Part shown: positions 1 to 7,997 of the stretch, one piece after another
Position numbering within the stretch: position 1 is the first letter of the stretch
How the letters are laid out: every line of letters starts with the position of its first letter
Assembly: GCA_964627095.1 (NCBI GenBank)
Contig: CAZVKH010000004.1
Span: 2,886-66,885 of the forward strand
DNA length: 64,000 nucleotides
From: an uncultured Candidatus Saccharibacteria bacterium
GTDB taxonomy: Bacteria > Patescibacteriota > Saccharimonadia > Saccharimonadales > JAUPVS01
Direction of reading: 5' to 3'
The notes under the pieces: model-generated
Databases searched by the model: none
Seen by the model: the letters and a program-made list of their open reading frames with translations, nothing else
Told to the model about the DNA's origin: nothing
Position numbers and translations under genes: made by a program

Positions 1-690
1 GGCTTTGACGACATCGCCGACGGTAAAGAGTCGTGGCAGAAGATGCTAGACGACTTTTATAAGAAGTTTCACCCCTTGGTCGAAGCCTCCGCCAACGTCA
101 GCCGCGAAGAAACCTCGCAAGCCCGCAAGCTCGGCACCGACCCCAAGAGCGGTAAACCCGTAATTGCCCGCTACGGTCGCTACGGCCCAATGCTGCAAAT
201 CGGCGAGGCCGAAGACGACGAAAAACCGCGTTTCGCTCCAATGCCAGCCAACGCCACCCTAGAAGATGTCACCTTCGAGCAGGCCATGGAGATGTTTAAG
301 CTACCACGCACTGTTGGCACCACGCCCGACGGCCAAGAAATCAAAGCCAACATCGGCCGCTTTGGCCCCTATATTCAAGTCGGCAAACTGTTTGTATCAA
401 TTAAAGACCACGACCCGCTAACTATCTCCGAAAAAGACGCTCAAGCCGCCTACGCCGAAAAACTCCAGAAAGAGGCCGACAAATACATCCAGCGCTTCAA
501 GGGTGGCATCGATGTCATCAACGGCCCTTATGGCCCCTATATTACTGATGGTAAGAAGAATGCCAAGATCCCCAAAGACCAAGAACCAGCCAAGCTCACC
601 GAAGCCGAATGCAAGCAGTTACTAGCCGACGCTCCCGCCAAAGGCAAGGGCCGCCGCAACTTCAAACGCAAACCTGCCAAGAAGAAATAA
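1..690 (+). CDS. topA: DNA topoisomerase I, C-terminal part (5' end lies upstream of window)
   Basis: Frame 1 is open from base 1 into ORF 43..690. It carries repeated topo I C-terminal repeat motifs (ARYGRYGPMLQ, IGRFGPYIQ, NGPYGPYITDG) and a Lys-rich tail. Stop TAA at 688-690. Confidence 0.7.
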   Translation, partial: GFDDIADGKESWQKMLDDFYKKFHPLVEASANVSREETSQARKLGTDPKSGKPVIARYGRYGPMLQIGEAEDDEKPRFAPMPANATLEDVTFEQAMEMFKLPRTVGTTPDGQEIKANIGRFGPYIQVGKLFVSIKDHDPLTISEKDAQAAYAEKLQKEADKYIQRFKGGIDVINGPYGPYITDGKKNAKIPKDQEPAKLTEAECKQLLADAPAKGKGRRNFKRKPAKKK

Positions 691-695
691 GTTAT

Positions 696-727
696 CCCCA
701 GCTTGCTATCTGGGGGAGTTATTATCT
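696..727 (+). terminator. weak terminator-like hairpin after topA
   Basis: CCCCAG (696-701) pairs with CTGGGG (710-715). It is followed only by a poor T tract (GAGTTATTAT). Confidence 0.4.
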
Positions 728-800
728 CGCAATATTCTACAACATTTTTTCTGCAGAACTGTCCATTTACTGCTACAATAAGTTCATAGCAACACTATGT

Positions 801-829
801 TTGACTTTTAAAAACTTTCGTTTTATAAT
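801..829 (+). promoter_or_regulatory. sigma-70 type promoter TTGACT-N17-TATAAT
   Basis: TTGACT at 801-806 and TATAAT at 824-829. It lies about 65 nt upstream of ATG 898, which has an SD. Confidence 0.7.
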
Positions 830-897
830 CATAGTAATGTCTTCGGTGGAACAGACAATCACTTACCCATAAAACTTGTAAGAAGAAGGAAGAGACC

Positions 898-1932
898 ATG
901 CCAGAACAAAACCCGACCGCCCTCGAGATTGAACAGATTATCAACGATATTCTGGCTACCATTGAGCGCGAACGTGAACGCGAAATTATCTCGCGTCGTT
1001 TTGGCCTGTTCGACCGCAAAGAAACCCTTGAACAAATTGGGGAACTCCTAGGCATTACCCGCGAACGGGTGCGCCAACTCGAAAAGTCGGTAATTACTCG
1101 CCTCAAGGCCACTGCCGAAAAAGACCTGCCGCACATCAATGATGTCCAAAGTCGCTTTGTCAGTGAACTCGAGCAAACCGGTGGCGTCAGCCGCGTTAGC
1201 GACCTTAGCGCCCGCCTCACCAAAGACAATAGCCGCACCGATCAGGCCCGCGTGTCATTTCTTACCCAATTGTGCCCCAGCCTGGCCGTTATCGACGAAA
1301 ACGATCACTTCCACCACGCTGTTGGCCTAGCCAAACTGCACACCGAAAAGCAAATGAAAGACCAAGTCACCAAGATTATCGACGCCATTAAAAAGATCGC
1401 CGAACCAACCACTATCGACAAGGTAGCCACCGCCGTTAAAGACAGTGATCAAGCCCACGTGGCCGCTCTGGCCAGCACCAGCAAAAAACTAGCTACCCTC
1501 AACGGTCGCTGGGGTCTAATTAAGTGGCCAATGGTCAACCCCAAGAACATCCGCGACAAAATCTACGTCATCCTCTACGAAAAAGGGAAGCCCCTCCACT
1601 TTAACGACATCTCCGAAGCCATCAAGAAGTCCGAATTCAAGCGCAAAGATGTTACCACCCAAGCCATCCACAACGAGCTGATCAAAGACGGCCGTTTCGT
1701 TCTAATTGGTCGTGGCATCTACGCACTCAAGGAATGGGGCTACGAGAAGGGAACTGTGGCCGACATCATCACCGAAGTTCTTAAGAAGGCCGGTGAACCA
1801 CTGCACCGTGACGAAATCGTCAAGCGTGTCCTTAAAAGCCGTCACGTCAAAGAAACCACCATCTTGCTGAACCTCCAGGGCAAACCCCAATTCAAGCGCG
1901 TCGCCAAAGCCACCTACGCCTTAGCCGACTAG
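898..1932 (+). CDS. sigma-70 region-4-like HTH protein with C-terminal HARE-HTH-like winged-helix modules
   Basis: N-terminal ISRRFGL..TLEQIGELLGITRERVRQLEKSVITRLK matches a sigma-70 region 4 HTH. The C-terminal segments PLHFNDISEAIKK..IGRGIYALKEWGY and PLHRDEIVKRV look HARE-HTH-like. AAGGAAGAG SD lies just upstream and a consensus promoter sits at 801-829. Confidence 0.6.
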   Translation: MPEQNPTALEIEQIINDILATIEREREREIISRRFGLFDRKETLEQIGELLGITRERVRQLEKSVITRLKATAEKDLPHINDVQSRFVSELEQTGGVSRVSDLSARLTKDNSRTDQARVSFLTQLCPSLAVIDENDHFHHAVGLAKLHTEKQMKDQVTKIIDAIKKIAEPTTIDKVATAVKDSDQAHVAALASTSKKLATLNGRWGLIKWPMVNPKNIRDKIYVILYEKGKPLHFNDISEAIKKSEFKRKDVTTQAIHNELIKDGRFVLIGRGIYALKEWGYEKGTVADIITEVLKKAGEPLHRDEIVKRVLKSRHVKETTILLNLQGKPQFKRVAKATYALAD

Positions 1933-1942
1933 GGTAGCTCAA

Positions 1943-2602
1943 ATGGGAACCCCAAAACGCCCCGAACAAGCCCGCCCCGGCATGCTGCGTTCATCATCAT
2001 ATCGTGTCGAGCAGGGTGGTGTTGCCACGACATTATTTGCACCTGATTTATCTTTGTTCGATCTTTTTCACCCCGATATTGACACTACCTTTACCGGTCA
2101 GATGGAACAGGTAACAACTACCCCTGATGCCATACATCCTGACCTACAGACATCGCCCGACCTATATCTGTTTACAGCCTACTCTGCCGTACCGGTTGCT
2201 GATGCCGTGCGCGGGTTCCATGAAGCCGCCGGCTGGTCGACTCCAGACCTTGGCTACATACAAGCCGACAGTCGGCTGTCGAAATGGTTCAGTGACGGTA
2301 GGGCTAAATCCGTCAGTGCCGCCGAATCAGAGCGCCTAGCCGCGCTCACTGACGGCAAGGAACATGTCTGTGTCGTTGATCAACACGTTTCTAGCGGCAT
2401 GACACTGGTTTACGCCGGCCACCTCCTTCAAAACGCTGGTGTCGAGGCAGCCTCGGCAATTCGGGGCTACGGCTGGTATCAAGATGCCCACTCTTGGGGT
2501 GTCGACCTCCAAGGCGTCACCTCGCATTGGCATGACTCAATGAACGAAATCGGCCACGACGCCTACCAGCAAACTAACCAAGGAGCCACCACCAATGCCT
2601 GA
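1943..2602 (+). CDS. hypothetical protein, phosphoribosyltransferase-like core
   Basis: EHVCVVDQHVSSGMTLVYAG resembles the type I PRTase PRPP loop (hydrophobic x4, acidic, xx, SGxT), but the second acidic residue is Gln. It starts 10 nt after the previous stop. Confidence 0.4.
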   Translation: MGTPKRPEQARPGMLRSSSYRVEQGGVATTLFAPDLSLFDLFHPDIDTTFTGQMEQVTTTPDAIHPDLQTSPDLYLFTAYSAVPVADAVRGFHEAAGWSTPDLGYIQADSRLSKWFSDGRAKSVSAAESERLAALTDGKEHVCVVDQHVSSGMTLVYAGHLLQNAGVEAASAIRGYGWYQDAHSWGVDLQGVTSHWHDSMNEIGHDAYQQTNQGATTNA

Positions 2603-3011
2603 AGCCTATCCCGAGCCAATCACCGACATGGTCATCGATATCGATGACTTTATGTGGTCTACCCAAGACCACGCCCGTGACCATCTTGCACTGTTTTATG
2701 ATTTAGACGAGTTACCCGAAAACCCCGATCATCCCGACAGGATTTACTGGTCGGCCGTCATAGAAGCGGTTGCCAGTTGCGCCAGTAAAGGCCCCAACGG
2801 AGAGGTTGACCTTTTATCTGCCGAGACAATCGAACAACTGCTTAGCACTGCCGAACACTCCGAAGTCGACACAACCGTCTTTCTGCAAACATTAGCAATG
2901 TATTGTAAGCGACGGGCACAGCAACGCAAAAGGGGACGACCCCTGCTTAGTCCAGAAGAGCAGCTAGAAAGGGCTTTGGATCACTTCGAACCCGAAAAGT
3001 GGTATCACTAA
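2595..3011 (+). CDS. hypothetical acidic protein, translationally coupled to 1943..2602
   Basis: The ATG at 2595 overlaps the upstream stop (ATGCCTGA). The 138-aa product is acidic and has no motif I can name. Confidence 0.4.
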   Translation: MPEAYPEPITDMVIDIDDFMWSTQDHARDHLALFYDLDELPENPDHPDRIYWSAVIEAVASCASKGPNGEVDLLSAETIEQLLSTAEHSEVDTTVFLQTLAMYCKRRAQQRKRGRPLLSPEEQLERALDHFEPEKWYH

Positions 3012-3241
3012 GCATCGTCTCTGCCGCCAAACCCCAAAATAACCGTTCACACAAAAACTGAACATTTTGCGAACACGCAATAGTACTAGGTAGTAGTGGA
3101 GTATTGAACAGACTCGCATAATTTAGCGCCATAGTGGGGGGTGCCAGGGAAATAATAAAAACAAATTTTTAAATTCGAAATAATAGTGGCAGAAATGGCG
3201 CAGAGTGTGGGTGTAGTAGAACCAATCCAGTCACATACTTC

Positions 3242-3269
3242 ATGTCGCACAATGTATATTTTACGACTA
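3242..3269. other. candidate dif-like recombination site (11-6-11 imperfect palindrome)
   Basis: ATGTCGCACAA TGTATA TTTTACGACTA. The inner arms GTCGCACAA and TTTTACGAC are 7/9 symmetric. The central hexamer and the CGCAxAATGTATATT core match E. coli dif as I recall it. It lies in the AT-rich spacer where + and - genes converge. Confidence 0.35.
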
Positions 3270-3667
3270 ATATATTGGGTTATAGAATGGTTGGCTATAC
3301 CTCTTCTATAGGGGAGTTATTCGGTAATTACGCTGCTAACGTCAAGTCTTAGCGTGCACGCGCCTGTCACGACCTGACAGTTCCTTTATCTTGCTAACCT
3401 GACTGCTACTGTGCGCTTTATCACTCCCAAGTTATCCACACATAATTCGTACAACGATTTGACTTTTCCACAGCTCTATTTGCAAATATTTGCTTTTTCT
3501 TCTATTCCATATTTTTACTAGCTTTCCCCCGCTCTGCCGCAAAATACAGTAAATTTGACTTATTACCTTTTGTGCAGTGTGGTATAGTTTTTTTCACAAA
3601 CGAGTCATGGAACGGTATGTGAACAAAAAGCGAACTAGAAGAGTGGTGGACTAGGGGGGCACAGCAG

Positions 3668-4561
3668 CTACAGATAATAAGCTCGGCCCGGTATCCTAAC
3701 GTCAATGTACTGAGCCGGTGTGACCTTGGTTTCTTCTAACTTCTTCTTGGTTGCCAAAAAGGTGCCTACTGCTTCCCTAGCCTGCGAATTAACACTGAAC
3801 TTTACATAATAGGGCTGGCCGGCAATCTTAACGTCGATCTGTTGGGCAACCTTGGGCAGAGTAATACTTTCGATGGCAATTTGTTTAGCTTTTAGCTGGG
3901 CAACCACCTCTGTTATAAACTGCACATCCTCGGCCGGCAAGACGGTCTTACCGGTGGCAACTTCTAGGCCACTTTGATCATTAACCACTGGCAAGGTGGC
4001 CCGTACAGTGGAGCTCAACTCCTTAGCTGGCATTATCACCGTACCACGCTTATCCAACACATAGGCCTGGCTGTTTGCCGTGAGGATAATCTGCGGCTGG
4101 GCAATACTGAGCGTTACAATTGGCCGGCGACTTACTAGTGGTAGCGTCAATGAAACTTGATCGACTTCGGGAAATTCGGCTCGAAAGGCTTTTTCGAAAC
4201 TACCGGTGTTAACAGTGAACTTAGTCCGGTTAAGTAGCGATTGGCTAAGAATCTTCTGGGCACCAACTTCGTAGTCGACTTTGTCGCGCAGCACAATGGC
4301 TTGTGGGCTATTGGCCGAAACAACCACCTTGGGGTTGGTGGTCAGACCCAAACAATACAGCACACTCACCGTAACGGCGACTAGGGCGACTATCGAAGGA
4401 AAGTTACGAACCCAGGTCTTGTCCCAAAACGAACCACCCTTGGAGCTCTTTTTGGCCGGTTGTGGCCGTGAAGTATCAGTTGCCCGGATAGTCTGATTAG
4501 TGTTGTAAGAAAATACACGTTTCTTAGGCTGACCGGGGTTACGTTCTTGTCGTCCCGACAT
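3668..4561 (-). CDS. ftsQ: cell division protein FtsQ/DivIB-like
   Basis: Basic cytoplasmic N-terminus, a single TM (FPSIVALVAVTVSVLYCLGL) and a POTRA/FtsQ-like external part. It is the last gene of the dcw cluster, 4 nt after murG. Confidence 0.55.
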   Translation of the reverse strand: MSGRQERNPGQPKKRVFSYNTNQTIRATDTSRPQPAKKSSKGGSFWDKTWVRNFPSIVALVAVTVSVLYCLGLTTNPKVVVSANSPQAIVLRDKVDYEVGAQKILSQSLLNRTKFTVNTGSFEKAFRAEFPEVDQVSLTLPLVSRRPIVTLSIAQPQIILTANSQAYVLDKRGTVIMPAKELSSTVRATLPVVNDQSGLEVATGKTVLPAEDVQFITEVVAQLKAKQIAIESITLPKVAQQIDVKIAGQPYYVKFSVNSQAREAVGTFLATKKKLEETKVTPAQYIDVRIPGRAYYL

Positions 4562-4565
4562 CGGC

Positions 4566-5732
4566 CTACTTCTCCCCTGCCCGCTTGCTAGCGACCGCGA
4601 CTAGTAATTGCGCCAAGCTTAGTGCCGCCTCTGGCACGGCCAAGCGGTGCAACTTTTGCCCCAATTCGTGACGCTTTTTTTGGTCACTTAACAGATCGGT
4701 GATGGCTTCTTTTAAGGCGTGCCCATGGTTAGACACCAGCTGGTCTTGGTCCAAAATCAGAGCGGCACCTTCTTCCTTTAGATACTGAGCATTCTTGGTT
4801 TGATGACCACCGGTTAGTAAGGGATTAGGAACAATGATGCAGGCTTTGGCTTGAATGCCAAACTCGGCAATGGTGTTGGCACCAGCCCGCGTTACGATCA
4901 CATCGGCGGCACCACTGTACTTATAAAGGTCGCCGTAAGGCATTAAACCGTGGACCTGCAGACGTTTGTTAGTGTAATCACCATAAACAGTTTCGTTGCC
5001 AACGCCAACCTGATGAATAATATGAAGTTTGGGCATGGCTTTGAACAGATCGGCGGCAAAATCAGCCAGGGCTAAGTTAATGCTTTGGGCACCATTACTG
5101 CCACCGGTGATCATCAACACCTGCGCGTCCGCCGGCAAATCCAGGTCACGACGGTATTGTTGTAGGAGCTTACCGGTTACTTTTTGGTAGTTATCGCTGA
5201 CAATAACACCGGTGTAGCGCATTTTTTGGACTGGATATTTGTAGTATTGCGGCGGCATACCAGTAGCATGGTAGGTCGCCCAGCGACTCACCAAACGGTT
5301 TGCCATGCCCGGTATGGCATCGGAATCGTGCGTTACCAGCGGATACTTATGTCGGCAGGCCAAGCCAATCGGAACACCCACAAAACCACCCTTCAGCAAG
5401 ATAACATCCGGTTTTAGACGTCTTAACAAGAACCAGCTCTCTATTACGCCCAAAAAGACATAAACCAGATCACGCAGGTTGCGTAGGTTGGTTTTAACAT
5501 CCAATAAACGTTTCAACCACGATTCACCATGATAACGGCGGAATTTACCGGCGTACACCTTATACTGGCGGTCAAACACCACCTGACCCTTGGTCATGCT
5601 ACTAAACCGACTGCCCCGTTCACCAACGTAGATAATCTCGGTGGTCGGGTCGAGCTCTTTAAGCTTGTGAGCGACGGCCAACAACGGGGTTATGTGACCC
5701 CCCGTTCCGCCGCCAGTGAGGAGCACTTTCAT
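4566..5732 (-). CDS. murG: UDP-GlcNAc:lipid I N-acetylglucosaminyltransferase MurG
   Basis: N-terminal LTGGGTGGHITPLLAV G-loop and C-terminal ITGGSNGA and TGGHQTKNA motifs, in the conserved dcw position. Confidence 0.9.
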   Translation of the reverse strand: MKVLLTGGGTGGHITPLLAVAHKLKELDPTTEIIYVGERGSRFSSMTKGQVVFDRQYKVYAGKFRRYHGESWLKRLLDVKTNLRNLRDLVYVFLGVIESWFLLRRLKPDVILLKGGFVGVPIGLACRHKYPLVTHDSDAIPGMANRLVSRWATYHATGMPPQYYKYPVQKMRYTGVIVSDNYQKVTGKLLQQYRRDLDLPADAQVLMITGGSNGAQSINLALADFAADLFKAMPKLHIIHQVGVGNETVYGDYTNKRLQVHGLMPYGDLYKYSGAADVIVTRAGANTIAEFGIQAKACIIVPNPLLTGGHQTKNAQYLKEEGAALILDQDQLVSNHGHALKEAITDLLSDQKKRHELGQKLHRLAVPEAALSLAQLLVAVASKRAGEK

Positions 5733-6939
5733 TGGCTCTTCCCTCCCTTGTTGTTTGACCAGTTTGCGAGCTAACCGCCGCCGTTCGATATACCGTATAA
5801 CGTGAAATCTGGAAGACTAAACCAACTGCTCCCAATACAAATACCAAGCTGGTTCCACCGTAACTAATAAATGGCAGCGTAATACCCTTAAGTGGCAGCA
5901 GCCCAAGCATGGCACCGACGTTAATTAGCACCTGGGTGCTAAGCCAAGCTAAGATGCCTACCACCAGTAAGCGGCTGTAGTCGTCGGGCGCCCGCTCGGC
6001 GATGCGGAATAACCTCCTAAAGAAGGTTATGAACAACGCCACCAGCGCGGTGACACCAATAAAGCCAAACTTCTCGGCCAGAATCGCAAAGATTGAGTCG
6101 TTGGCAGCTTCGGGCAAGTAACCATAGGCTTGCACGCTGTTAGCCACACCTAGGCCAAACATACCGCCGGAGCCAACTGTTATCAGAGCTTGGCAAACCT
6201 GGTAGCCAGCATTCTGACAATCTTGCTCAGGGTGCATAAAGGTCATTAAGCGGTCGCGGCGATAACTACTGCCAGCGATCAACAGCAAGCCACCAATGGC
6301 CACAATTGCGCCCACCATCATAACGCGTTTCATCGGCATGCCGGCCACAAAGGCCATCGAGCCAATCATCGCCACCATAACCGCCGTCGAACCAAAGTCG
6401 CTCTGTACCTTACCGACCACTAAGCCAATCGCCACCATGGCTATAACCAAGGGTTGTAAGGTCTTCTTAACATCACCCAGGCTGCCCTCTTGGATTCTTT
6501 CTACCAAAAAACAGGCTAGCCAAATTAACAAAGCAAATTTAATTAGTTCAGCCGCCTGAAAAGACATGCCGCCAACTTGAATCCAGCGATAAGCGCCATT
6601 CACCCGCTCACCAAACAAGCGTACTGCTATGGCGGCCAGAGCAGCCGTAATTAACAGTGGTCGCTGCAGATGCCGCCAAAAGTTTACCGGTATATTGGCC
6701 ATGGCCACAAAGGCCACAATACCTAGGGCAATGGCAATCATCTGTTTATTCACAAAATAATTGTCACCGACCTGTTTTTGAATGGCTAGCCCGGGGCTAA
6801 TGGCATAGAGTACGATCAGGCCAATCACAATCAAGGCAGTGGCAATTAGCAAAAGCCAGTAATCTGGTCGATGGCGCCGCTGGCGGGGACCGTCTAGGTC
6901 GGTCGGCTGCTGGCGCGTTTTTACACTACCTATAGCCAT
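5659..6939 (-). CDS. ftsW: SEDS family peptidoglycan polymerase FtsW
   Basis: Multi-TM protein with RWIQVGGMSFQAAELIKF and LPLKGITLPFISYGGTS motifs. I set the start at ATG 6939 (MAIGSV) because the longer ORF overlaps mraY. The 3' tail overlaps the murG start by 74 nt. Confidence 0.85.
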   Translation of the reverse strand: MAIGSVKTRQQPTDLDGPRQRRHRPDYWLLLIATALIVIGLIVLYAISPGLAIQKQVGDNYFVNKQMIAIALGIVAFVAMANIPVNFWRHLQRPLLITAALAAIAVRLFGERVNGAYRWIQVGGMSFQAAELIKFALLIWLACFLVERIQEGSLGDVKKTLQPLVIAMVAIGLVVGKVQSDFGSTAVMVAMIGSMAFVAGMPMKRVMMVGAIVAIGGLLLIAGSSYRRDRLMTFMHPEQDCQNAGYQVCQALITVGSGGMFGLGVANSVQAYGYLPEAANDSIFAILAEKFGFIGVTALVALFITFFRRLFRIAERAPDDYSRLLVVGILAWLSTQVLINVGAMLGLLPLKGITLPFISYGGTSLVFVLGAVGLVFQISRYTVYRTAAVSSQTGQTTREGRANESAPHWRRNGGSHNPVVGRRSQA

Positions 6940-7970
6940 TTTCCGACCACAAACAGGATTAAGCCCACCACGCCTGCTACTTGGCCGATAATCCAGAACC
7001 GCATGGTCACCTTGGCTTCGGGCCAACCACTGGCCTGAAAATGGAAGTGCACCGGAGAAATCTTAAAAATCTTTTTGCCATGTCGCAGCTTCTTAGAGGT
7101 CAGCTGCAGTATGACCGAGCCGGTCTCGGCCACAAACACAATACCAATAATCGGTAGTAAGATTACCGTATCTGTTAACATCGCCACTACGCCCAACGCC
7201 GTCCCTAACGAAAACGAGCCGATATCACCCATAAAGAAACGCGCCGGGAAAATATTAAACCAAGTGTAACTGAGTAATCCGCCCACTACCGCCATACAAA
7301 AACCGGCCACACCAAAGCGGCCCTGCAAAACGGCGATAATGGCGTAGGTTGCAAAGGCAATCGCACACAAGCCACCGGCCAGACCATCCAGACCATCGGT
7401 GATATTAACGGCGTTGGCAGTGGCCACCACCACCAAGACAAACAATGGGATAATCAACCAGCCCAGCTGTAGCGATCCGCCTGGTATGTGCATGCTAGAA
7501 ACATCAAGCTTAAAGTGAAAGAACAATCCGCCCACCAAGGCAATTAAGGTAATCAGTAGCAATTTTAATTTAGAAGGTAGCCCAGCCACACCTAAGCCGC
7601 TACCACGGACATTAATAATATCGTCAATTAAACCCACAAAGCCAGCCCCTAAAAAGGCGGCTAGCGGTAGCCAGGTTTCACCCCGGCTCAGGTTAAACAG
7701 AACTGTCACAATACCAACGGCCACCACAAAAATAATGCCGGCCATGGTTGGAATTAGACGTTTGTGTTTTTCGCCATGTAGCTTGGTTAGCATCGGTGTG
7801 GGTGCGCCGGTGACAGTTTTGGTGCGCGGCTTCTTCCACCACTGCCCTCTATAGGCCAAGGTGGTGTACAACGGGGTTATCGCCATGCTAATAAAGAAGC
7901 TTAAAAAGCCCAGGGACAAAATGCGTACCAGCGTGTTGGTGTCGATGATGAGGTTGATGGTGGAGTTCAT
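6930..7970 (-). CDS. mraY: phospho-N-acetylmuramoyl-pentapeptide transferase MraY
   Basis: Motifs NAVNITDGLDGLAGG, FMGDIGSFSLG and PVHFHF in a 10-TM architecture. Confidence 0.9.
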   Translation of the reverse strand: MNSTINLIIDTNTLVRILSLGFLSFFISMAITPLYTTLAYRGQWWKKPRTKTVTGAPTPMLTKLHGEKHKRLIPTMAGIIFVVAVGIVTVLFNLSRGETWLPLAAFLGAGFVGLIDDIINVRGSGLGVAGLPSKLKLLLITLIALVGGLFFHFKLDVSSMHIPGGSLQLGWLIIPLFVLVVVATANAVNITDGLDGLAGGLCAIAFATYAIIAVLQGRFGVAGFCMAVVGGLLSYTWFNIFPARFFMGDIGSFSLGTALGVVAMLTDTVILLPIIGIVFVAETGSVILQLTSKKLRHGKKIFKISPVHFHFQASGWPEAKVTMRFWIIGQVAGVVGLILFVVGKWL

Positions 7971-7997
7971 TTGGATTCCTTCTATTATACCTGTTTA

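Noticed and set aside
3195-3311. 38-codon + strand ORF with a hydrophobic C-terminus (type I toxin-like) in the AT-rich spacer
   Set aside because: It has no SD and only a poor -10. It overlaps the dif-like palindrome. In AT-rich DNA such short ORFs arise by chance, so I did not call it.
3607-3660. tRNA/tmRNA-like 3' end (minus strand ...CCCCCCTAGTCCACCA) and a 15-codon + strand ORF (MERYVNKKRTRRVVD) downstream of a TGGTATAGT box
   Set aside because: No T-arm (GGTTCRANNCC) or acceptor-stem partner can be drawn around the CCA, and the position abuts the ftsQ stop. The mini-ORF has no SD and no supporting feature.
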